Source: Methanocellales archaeon (GTDB lineage: Archaea; Halobacteriota; JAWCLZ01). From it: DNA of 25,252 nucleotides. The notes below the pieces were generated by a model. The model made no database searches, had not been told where the DNA came from, and saw nothing but the letters and a program-made list of their open reading frames with translations. Below, piece by piece: positions 18,203 to 25,252 of the stretch. Both the position numbers and the translations under genes were made by a program. The stretch's first letter is position 1. The number at the start of each line of letters is the position of its first letter. The DNA is taken from NCBI GenBank assembly GCA_038850285.1, contig JAWCMA010000016.1, positions 1 through 25,252 of the forward strand. The letters run 5' to 3'.

Positions 18203-19462
18203 TTACTTTCTAAGTATGACTATATTTTCCTCACACATCGTTTCACATTTTTCTCCTGGTATATTCGTAGGAGCATTTTCTTTTGGCATAGTCTTATAAG
18301 GGATTTGCCGTGATATATTTTTTACAAAAGAAAAGCCAATCTCTTGACATAACTCAGAAATAATTAAATTTGTTGGTATTCTTACTCCCTTCACCATTCT
18401 ATTTCCAATAACTATGCAAGTATAGCTATTTGGTTTCATTAAGCGAAACATTTCCTTGAGGCAATCATTCAGGTCATAAAAAAATATGCCAACTTCATTT
18501 CCTCTTTTCTCATCCTTGTTCATAATTTTGCTCACAACCTCGTTCAAAGTTATCGAGTTCAAATCAAAATTATATTTCCCATTATTAATTCCACCAAGAC
18601 ATTTTCTATCTATAGAGCTAACTTCTTTATCCTTATAGCCAAGCCACTGCAATGGCAAGCGTGAAAACTGTCCATATGCTACTGTGGTTCGACTATCCCC
18701 ATAAGGAGGAGATGTTACTAATAGATCCATTGTTTCAGATGCTATTGGCACTTTTCGAGCATCGCAGCACAATAAAGAGGTAAAAACAGTTTTATCCGCT
18801 TTAATATAAAATTGGTTCATACTCCTATACGCTTCTTTTAAAATTTGAATTAGAGTTTGTAAAACATCTGGATTGTGATTATTAAGCTTTTCCTTTGAAT
18901 AGCGATATAATTTGAATTCACCATTTCTCGTGTTTGAGGTCTTTCTTACGAGGAGAGAGAAGCATACTAATAGAAATTTCTTTACATTTGGGTCAGTAAT
19001 TTCATCAATGCATTTTTTGACCACGACAAGGTCTCTTATTACATACTCTTTGAACCAAAATTCAATATTGAAAAATCGAGGAACCTCGAAGCTTACATTC
19101 TTTCTTTTTGACTCAATTTGCAATGGTCTTACATTATCAAGAAAATTGTTTATATTTTTCTTTAAAATTATTGGATCGATTTGCATCGTTTTTACTTCGG
19201 ATAATAATATTCCAAATGGATTTAGGTCTACGCCGATGCCATTTCTCCCTGCTAATTTTGCTTCCACAAGTACAGTTCCACTGCCGCAAAATGGATCAAA
19301 AATAATATCTTTGGGTTTGGAGTATAATTTGATTAGTTTTCTCGCAATTTGGGGGCACATTCTTGCTGGATAAGGGTGGAGTCCATGTGTATACTCATGG
19401 GTATTTGCCTCTTTAAATGTCCAGTCTTCATCTTGAGTGTTATCCAACTTTATTTGTACCAT
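18203..19462 (-). CDS. DNA N4-cytosine methyltransferase, alpha class (M.MvaI/M.PspGI-like)
   Basis: THGLHPYPARM, motif I DPFCGSGT near the N-terminus, motif IV VTSPPY in the C-terminal half; visibly AT-richer than the flanking housekeeping genes. Confidence 0.88.
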   Translation of the reverse strand: MVQIKLDNTQDEDWTFKEANTHEYTHGLHPYPARMCPQIARKLIKLYSKPKDIIFDPFCGSGTVLVEAKLAGRNGIGVDLNPFGILLSEVKTMQIDPIILKKNINNFLDNVRPLQIESKRKNVSFEVPRFFNIEFWFKEYVIRDLVVVKKCIDEITDPNVKKFLLVCFSLLVRKTSNTRNGEFKLYRYSKEKLNNHNPDVLQTLIQILKEAYRSMNQFYIKADKTVFTSLLCCDARKVPIASETMDLLVTSPPYGDSRTTVAYGQFSRLPLQWLGYKDKEVSSIDRKCLGGINNGKYNFDLNSITLNEVVSKIMNKDEKRGNEVGIFFYDLNDCLKEMFRLMKPNSYTCIVIGNRMVKGVRIPTNLIISELCQEIGFSFVKNISRQIPYKTMPKENAPTNIPGEKCETMCEENIVILRK

Positions 19463-19594
19463 ATTCCATCCCCAAGTGTCTATCGAAGGAGAATCTTTGA
19501 ATAAAATAAATCTATCGAGTATTAATCTTAATCCAAGTATAGTGAAAATATTCTTTGAAAAATCAATTATTTATATTAATTTATATTTTTATTA

Positions 19595-19876
19595 TTATAT
19601 CTTATATTTTTCTCTTATTTTTGCATCAGCGATCTTTGCTATCATCGCGCTTGAAATCAAAACGCATTTAACACCTACAAGCTCAGCTAGCTCTGCTGAT
19701 CTTTGGTCTTGAGTAACGAGGAGCAAGTCTTTGCTCTTAGCGTATTCTACGATTTCTTTATCTCGCGCGCCCTGCAAGCCTGCTTCTTGAACTGTGAGTG
19801 CTTCCCAGCCTAGAATTTCAAAATACTCTTTCAAACCAGAATACATTTCATCAAGTAAAAGCTTCAACTTGAACAC
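19595..19876 (-). CDS. DUF5615 / Mut7-C-like PIN-domain protein
   Basis: KLLLDEM...LGWEALTV...GARDKEIVEYA...LLVTQD pattern; starts 3 nt after the purB stop. Confidence 0.82.
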   Translation of the reverse strand: MFKLKLLLDEMYSGLKEYFEILGWEALTVQEAGLQGARDKEIVEYAKSKDLLLVTQDQRSAELAELVGVKCVLISSAMIAKIADAKIREKYKI

Positions 19877-19879
19877 CTT

Positions 19880-21232
19880 CTAAATTGTAATATCAAACTG
19901 CTTGCCCAATTTTTTGATTAAATTCTCAACCTGCTCCACCGCAGTGCCTATGTAGTTCTCTGGCTTGAGCAATTCTTCAATTTCCTCTTCCTTGATGTAT
20001 TTCAAGACTGCTTTCTCCTCCCTGAGCACTTCTTTTAAATGCTTTTTCTCTAAAAATGCTCTATTGCTTGCAGCGCGCATTAATCCGTGGGCTTCCTGCC
20101 TAGCCATGCCGCGCTTTGTAAGTTCTATCATAATTGCCTCGCTCATATTCAAGCCCTTCAGTAACTCAAGGTTTTTATGAATATTTTCAGGATAAAAAGT
20201 CAAGCCTTCAATTACCTCGCTCGTGAGTTTTAAAATGTGATCCGTGAGAATTGTGGCTTCAGGTATTATCACGCGCTCGCAAGAAGAATTCGTAAGGTCA
20301 CGCTCATCCCAGAGTAAATTGTTTTGAAGCGCTGGCTCGACATAGCTCCTAATTATTCTTGCGAGTCCACAAATTTGCTCGCATCGAACTGGGTTTCTTT
20401 TATGAGGCATGGTTGAAGAGCCAACTTGGCGCTTGCCAAGGCCTTCTTCTACCTCTGCTATCTCTGAGCGCTGCAGACTCCTTATCTCAAGAGCGATTTT
20501 ATCCAGCGTGGTGGCGAGATTTGCTAGATACATTATATATTCAGCGTGTCGGTCTCGCTGCACTATTTGATTGCATACATCAACACTTCCAAGTCCAAGA
20601 TATTGTACCACGCGGTTTTGAACTTCTATGCCTCGCTTGCCCAGTGGCGCTTGCGTACCAACAGCCCCTGCCATTTTTCCAACTAATAAGCGCGGTCTTA
20701 GCTCTTTAAGTCTCTCTAGATGTCTGGAAATTTCCGCACACCAGATTGCAAATCGCAAGCCATAGGTGGTGGGAGTGGCGATTTGACCGTGGGTTCTTCC
20801 AACGCAAACAGTATATTTATGGGCATTGGCCTGCCTTAGAAGTACAACGAGTAAGCCCTTTAATTTCTCCTCTAGAATAGCAAGAGCCTCTTTCAATTGA
20901 AGTGCTAGTGCTGTATCTGAGATATCATTTGAGGTAGCTCCGAAGTGCACCCATCTACCCGCTTCAAGGGGGCATTGTTCCGCGAGTGCCTGTACCATTG
21001 CCATGATATCGTGGCGAATTTCACTCTCGATTTCTTTAACTCTATCGAGCTTTACCTTTTTAGCGGCTTGCTTGATTTGCTCCGCAATTTTTTTTTCAAA
21101 AAAACCAGCATCAGCTTGGGCTCTTGCTATAGCAACTTCTACTTCCAAGAGTTTCTGTAGTTTAATCTCTTCTTCCCAGATTTTTTTCATCTCGCTTGTT
21201 CCATAGCGGAATTCAATTGGATGAATTGCCAT
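19880..21232 (-). CDS. purB: Adenylosuccinate lyase
   Basis: MAIHPIEFRYG, HDIMA, VHFGATSND, GRTHGQ.A.PTT.G, GSSTMPHKRNP signature, ERDLTNSS.ER. ATG 21232 preferred. Confidence 0.97.
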   Translation of the reverse strand: MAIHPIEFRYGTSEMKKIWEEEIKLQKLLEVEVAIARAQADAGFFEKKIAEQIKQAAKKVKLDRVKEIESEIRHDIMAMVQALAEQCPLEAGRWVHFGATSNDISDTALALQLKEALAILEEKLKGLLVVLLRQANAHKYTVCVGRTHGQIATPTTYGLRFAIWCAEISRHLERLKELRPRLLVGKMAGAVGTQAPLGKRGIEVQNRVVQYLGLGSVDVCNQIVQRDRHAEYIMYLANLATTLDKIALEIRSLQRSEIAEVEEGLGKRQVGSSTMPHKRNPVRCEQICGLARIIRSYVEPALQNNLLWDERDLTNSSCERVIIPEATILTDHILKLTSEVIEGLTFYPENIHKNLELLKGLNMSEAIMIELTKRGMARQEAHGLMRAASNRAFLEKKHLKEVLREEKAVLKYIKEEEIEELLKPENYIGTAVEQVENLIKKLGKQFDITI

Positions 21233-21237
21233 AGGTG

Positions 21238-21723
21238 CTACCAATTTTGCTTATTGAATATCTCGTCAAACTCTCCCCTATCGATTGCCTGCTGCACTTC
21301 CTTCGGTTTTTTTCCCTCGACTGTTACTCCAAGAGAAACGCAAGTGCCGAGAACTTCTTTAAGTGCTTTCTTTAAATCATATGAAAGCATATCCTGCTTT
21401 TTCATCTGCGCAATTTTAATCGCCTTTTCAAGTGTTATATTTCCCGCGATTTCAGTGTTGGGCTTGCCGCTTCCCTTTTGAATCCCTGCCTCCTGCATTA
21501 TGAGCGCTGAGGTAGGCGGTGTGCCAACTTCTATGACAAAATTTTTCTTCTCATCCACTATTACCTTGACCGGTACCTGCATGCCATTGTACTGCTTGGT
21601 TTTCTCATTAATTTCATCCACCACTTTTTTGATGTTAACCCCAAGCGGACCAAGCGTTGGACCTAGAGGCGGCCCAGGCGTTGCCTTTCCGCCTGGTACT
21701 AATATTTTCACCTCTTTTGCCAT
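21238..21723 (-). CDS. rpl11: 50S ribosomal protein L11
   Basis: [52 protein letters not shown] 21723 follows a GGTGA site. Confidence 0.98.
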   Translation of the reverse strand: MAKEVKILVPGGKATPGPPLGPTLGPLGVNIKKVVDEINEKTKQYNGMQVPVKVIVDEKKNFVIEVGTPPTSALIMQEAGIQKGSGKPNTEIAGNITLEKAIKIAQMKKQDMLSYDLKKALKEVLGTCVSLGVTVEGKKPKEVQQAIDRGEFDEIFNKQNW

Positions 21724-21728
21724 TGCGA

Positions 21729-22376
21729 TCACCTTCTAGCTTTCTCTCTCTTCTCAAGAGAATGCTCGGTTTCCTCCTTGCTCAATATTCGAACGTGATC
21801 CCCTCTTACGGTGACTGGAATTGGCACCATTGCTTCGAATAATTCCACAGTGATTTCCTCCTTAGCTTCATCAACTCGCTTGACCCTAGCTTTTTCACCC
21901 TTGAAAGGCCCAGCTATGAGCTCAATTATGGCACCCTCAGATATGCCAGTAACTACTGGCTTGGGTGTTAGAAAGTGTTCCACATCGGCAAAGCTTGAAC
22001 TGCCTTTAACCACGCTCCTCGCATGCGTTATATTGGCAATGGCCTGCTCCAAAATTTCAGGCATAGTGGTTTCCACTAATATGTATCCTTTGAGTTCATT
22101 AGGCACCAGTATAGCTCGTATATCAAATTTCTCCCGCTTAACTCTCTTCTCCAGCAAATTTGCAACTGCGCGCTCTTGATTTGCAGTTGTCTTAACTGCA
22201 AAAATTAAGGGAGGCTTCTCCTCAGGAGAGGGCTCCTTTTCTTCTTTTTTTTCCTCTACTTTCTCTTCTATTTTTTCTTCCATAGCTTCAGGCTTAATTG
22301 TGACTTCCTTAGGTGGTTCAGATTCTTCTTTCTTCTGCTCTTGAGTAATTCCTTGTTCTTCTTTTGGCTCGCTCAT
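21729..22376 (-). CDS. spt5: Transcription elongation factor Spt5 (NusG) with an acidic N-terminal extension
   Basis: [22 protein letters not shown] domain; [14 protein letters not shown]...[18 protein letters not shown] domain; first ~55 aa are E/K/P-rich. Confidence 0.96.
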   Translation of the reverse strand: MSEPKEEQGITQEQKKEESEPPKEVTIKPEAMEEKIEEKVEEKKEEKEPSPEEKPPLIFAVKTTANQERAVANLLEKRVKREKFDIRAILVPNELKGYILVETTMPEILEQAIANITHARSVVKGSSSFADVEHFLTPKPVVTGISEGAIIELIAGPFKGEKARVKRVDEAKEEITVELFEAMVPIPVTVRGDHVRILSKEETEHSLEKREKARR

Positions 22377-22377
22377 T

Positions 22378-22602
22378 TCATTTCCTCATCAATAGCTCTG
22401 GAATTGTTACCATTATAAGATATATGATGAAGCCAATGAAACCGATTATCAAGAGCCCGAGAGCGGCTACTTTAGCAATCATGTTGAACTCCTCAAGAGT
22501 TGGCTTTCTTGTAAGTTTCAATATTCTTAGGTATTCATCAAATTTGCCCGACTTAGCAGGTTTTATTTTTTCAGCCTTCTTCTCAGGTGATATTTTAGCC
22601 AT
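22378..22602 (-). CDS. secE: Protein translocase subunit SecE / Sec61 gamma
   Basis: [17 protein letters not shown]...[13 protein letters not shown] single transmembrane helix; AAGGAG ribosome-binding site; directly upstream of spt5. Confidence 0.95.
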   Translation of the reverse strand: MAKISPEKKAEKIKPAKSGKFDEYLRILKLTRKPTLEEFNMIAKVAALGLLIIGFIGFIIYLIMVTIPELLMRK

Positions 22603-22687
22603 CAGTATTTCTCCTTTGAATGAAGCAGAGATAAAGATTACCCTAATATAAATATTTAAAGCTTAGTGCTTATCTTAATCGATCTGC

Positions 22688-23389
22688 TTAAATCAATCCC
22701 ATTCCTCTTAAGTGCTCCACGCCCTCGATGAAGCCATCTCCATACTCGTGCTTGGTGATATAGCTAGCAATTTGTTTGAGCTGATAAACAGCATTTGCTA
22801 CTGCAATGCTGTAGCCCGCAATTCGGAATACTTCTATATCATTTTCGGAATCCCCGAAGGCAGCTATTTCCTCAGGCTTTAGACCAGTGATTTCCATGAT
22901 TTTCTTCAATCCCAGGCTCTTGTTTACCTTTTTGCTTTTAATATGAATTGCATAGCCGCTGTCAACTAGATCTACATCAGAGCTGAACTCGCTGTTTCTT
23001 AAAATCTCTCGAGCTTTATTTACATTGAAGTTTCTCCTCACTGCGATTTCCGATTTACGCATTTTTGGATCTAGCTTTTCAAGTTCAAAATGCTTCGAGA
23101 GCAAGTGATAAACAAGCTCGCATTTCTCCAAGCAATCCTGAGGCATATTAAGAATCTCCTTTCCATCGAATTTAGTTAGCACCACTCCTCCATTTTCAGC
23201 GATGATCATCTCACTGGTGCCAATGAGCTTCGCCGCAGCTTTGGTGAAGCAAGCGGTATTCCCAGTGGCAAGGATCACTGGCACTTTTAACTCGCGAAGT
23301 TTTTCTATTGCACGTAAATGCAGCTTTCTATCTCTATGGGTGATTGTGCCATCTATATCTGTAACAACTGCACTGACCTTTGAAAACAT
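22688..23389 (-). CDS. Archaeal phosphoglycolate phosphatase / SPP-like HAD-IIB hydrolase
   Basis: TDIDGTIT, LATGN, IAENGG, DSGYAIHI...VNK, FGDSENDIE, AVANA. Confidence 0.9.
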   Translation of the reverse strand: MFSKVSAVVTDIDGTITHRDRKLHLRAIEKLRELKVPVILATGNTACFTKAAAKLIGTSEMIIAENGGVVLTKFDGKEILNMPQDCLEKCELVYHLLSKHFELEKLDPKMRKSEIAVRRNFNVNKAREILRNSEFSSDVDLVDSGYAIHIKSKKVNKSLGLKKIMEITGLKPEEIAAFGDSENDIEVFRIAGYSIAVANAVYQLKQIASYITKHEYGDGFIEGVEHLRGMGLI

Positions 23390-23563
23390 CCCATTGTAAT
23401 TTCGAATTAGGAATATAAATAAATTGGCCTTGTTTTTGTTTTAGAAATTTTTTATATTTGACCTAGGTATGAGAACTTCTTCTCTTCCTCTCCCGCAGAC
23501 AACACATTTGTATCCCTTTTAAAAATCTAGTTTTGAATTAGAAATCCTTATCCATAGATTATC

Positions 23564-24715
23564 TTAAGTATTTCTTCCTTGCCCTTTAAATGCCACAAAT
23601 TTCTCCCTCGCTCTAGCGAATGCAGGATGATATATGTAATCTATGCATGATCCCCTAGCTTCTTTGATCTTCATGTAATCCACAAGTTCTTGGAACTTCC
23701 CCCCAGCGAGGCCATCTGCGAGCATTGCATAGCCTTGAGCAGTTTCTTTAGTAATTTTCGCACCCTCGAGATATCCCAGTTCTCTAACCTCTGCATACTT
23801 CGAAAGCCTTTCCTTAAGCTCAGCTTTAACTCGCTTGATTCTAGTAATTCTACCTGAGGTTAAAATCTCCCTAGGCCTTGGAATTGAAACCAGCAAGCTA
23901 GCAACTGCTTTCTCCACCCCCTCCATCATTGCCTCCCAAGCGAGTTTGCATCGCTCCTCATCCAAGCAGCTCGCGAGTTCCTCAGGGGTGGCTCTTCCGC
24001 TGATTAAAGCAGCACCCCCAGTGAAGACATCTGCTTTCTCCCACTTGCCAACGATCTGAGCAAGCTCGAGATCTATGCAGCCAGCGGTTAAAAAGCCAGG
24101 GCTAGGTATAGTTGTACCCCCTACGCCATCGACTATTCTACCCCTCTCCACACCTATCACTGCGTTATATCCAAAGCCCATTTCAACCAAGATAAAGGAA
24201 ACCTCGGAATAGGGAATGCTAAGTCTTCGAGCTTGATCGTAAACACCTAAAATGGAAACACTCATTTTATCCGCCGTGCCCATGTCCAGCTTATTAATCT
24301 TCCTATGCCTAGGCACAGTTGCAAGGTTAACCACTCCAGGTATGAATACTATTGGAAAGCCTCTTTTTCTCATTATAAAAGTACTCTCAGTCATAGCGTA
24401 GTAAACCAGAGCTCCAAAGACACCTTGCTTAACAGCGCTCTCGATCTCCTCTCTAGTGGTGAGCAAGATATAATTGTAATACCAGTCTTTAAAGCGCTCC
24501 AGCTCAATTTCACTTGCTTTAGTTACCCCAACTCCATAACCCGAGGGCGCTGCTATTAACTCAAGGGGAAATGCTGCCTCAATTGCCTCTATTATCACCT
24601 TAGGTTTCCTAGCAATCTCAGGAGTGGGTATAGCTTGCTCATAGCAAACCAAGCCATTTTCAATAGCGCAGATATCCATGCTATATGTACCTGGATCTAT
24701 ACCAGCTGTTCTCAT
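23564..24715 (-). CDS. DUF1464 family protein (ASKHA-fold, predicted butyrate-kinase-like)
   Basis: GIDPGT.S.D, APSGYG, RKINKLDMGTADK, EMGFGYNA, GRIVDGVGGT, SGRI, AQGYA.LADGLAGG. Confidence 0.85.
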   Translation of the reverse strand: MRTAGIDPGTYSMDICAIENGLVCYEQAIPTPEIARKPKVIIEAIEAAFPLELIAAPSGYGVGVTKASEIELERFKDWYYNYILLTTREEIESAVKQGVFGALVYYAMTESTFIMRKRGFPIVFIPGVVNLATVPRHRKINKLDMGTADKMSVSILGVYDQARRLSIPYSEVSFILVEMGFGYNAVIGVERGRIVDGVGGTTIPSPGFLTAGCIDLELAQIVGKWEKADVFTGGAALISGRATPEELASCLDEERCKLAWEAMMEGVEKAVASLLVSIPRPREILTSGRITRIKRVKAELKERLSKYAEVRELGYLEGAKITKETAQGYAMLADGLAGGKFQELVDYMKIKEARGSCIDYIYHPAFARAREKFVAFKGQGRNT

Positions 24716-24786
24716 AAAAACACCTAGTTTAAGTTTACCTCCAAAGTTTAAAATAATATCGAATTTAAAGTTTAAAAAGTAAAACT
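24716..24786. promoter_or_regulatory. Compact bidirectional promoter between the DUF1464 gene and RFAP synthase
   Basis: 71-bp AT-rich spacer; AAAGTTTAAAA occurs twice (24743-24753, 24767-24777) and its TTTAAA core reads as a TATA box on either strand. Confidence 0.55.
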
Positions 24787-25252
24787 ATGAAGATCCAAGT
24801 CAATGCTCCCGCGCGCTTGCATCTAGGCGTTATTGATTTAAGCAATAGCCTGGGCAGACTCTATGGATCTATAGGTGTGGGGATTAATCAGCCTTGTGTT
24901 GAGGTTATAGCTGAGGAATCAAAGGATATTGAGGTATGCTCTGAAGAGAATATTGAATGCTTCACAGCCGCCGAGAGTATAATTAAACGCTTTTTAAAGA
25001 AATATAATATTGAAAGCGGGGTGAGGATCTCCATAGTTAAAAGCATTCCCTCCCACGTGGGACTTGGATCAACGACTCAGCTATCGCTTTCAATTGCACT
25101 AGCCATTTCAAAGCTCTATGGAATTGAAACCACAGTTCGAGAAATGGCAGAGTCGCTCGGCAGAGGAGGGGTCTCTGGAATTGGCCCAGCAGTATTTGAA
25201 AAAGGCGGGTTTGTGGTCGATGGTGGAGTAAGAGTGGGAGTAGGTAGGAAGA
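24787..25252 (+). CDS. mptG: Beta-ribofuranosylaminobenzene 5'-phosphate (RFAP) synthase, GHMP-kinase fold; runs off the right edge
   Basis: Not in the ORF track. MKIQVNAPARLHLGVIDLSNSLGRLYGSIGVGI...IPSHVGLGSTTQL.L...LGRGGVSGIG...FEKGGFVVDGG matches the RFAP synthase family pattern. Confidence 0.9.
   Translation, partial: MKIQVNAPARLHLGVIDLSNSLGRLYGSIGVGINQPCVEVIAEESKDIEVCSEENIECFTAAESIIKRFLKKYNIESGVRISIVKSIPSHVGLGSTTQLSLSIALAISKLYGIETTVREMAESLGRGGVSGIGPAVFEKGGFVVDGGVRVGVGRK

Noticed and set aside
17302-19594. Mobile-element ends or target-site duplication around the R-M pair
   Set aside because: Only short GCTGC and TCTATCGA recurrences were seen, with no matching terminal repeats, tRNA, integrase or transposase.

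Overview
An archaeal chromosomal window, densely coding and mostly housekeeping. Gene content and order (srp54, rnp4-yhbY, egsA-UPF0179, archaeal proS, nac-trmI, secE-spt5-rpl11, beta-RFAP synthase, DUF5371-like gene) point to a euryarchaeote of the Methanomicrobia/Halobacteriota type that probably uses methanopterin and F420; the taxonomy is inferred from recalled family knowledge, not a search. Accessory elements: a decayed patch (YkgJ-like pseudogene and a frameshifted VapBC pair), a non-Mer LLM oxidoreductase with a coupled zinc-ribbon microprotein, an intact PolX-PHP, a convergent PspGI/SsoII-type restriction-modification pair and an orphan PIN gene. I found no rRNA, tRNA, CRISPR array, transposase or integrase. 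No novel system is demonstrated. The best leads are the DUF1464 gene sharing a 71-bp divergent promoter with RFAP synthase, an Spt5 with a ~55-residue acidic N-terminal extension, and two 54-aa zinc-ribbon microproteins that the ORF track missed or mis-started. All family calls come from motif recognition by eye.
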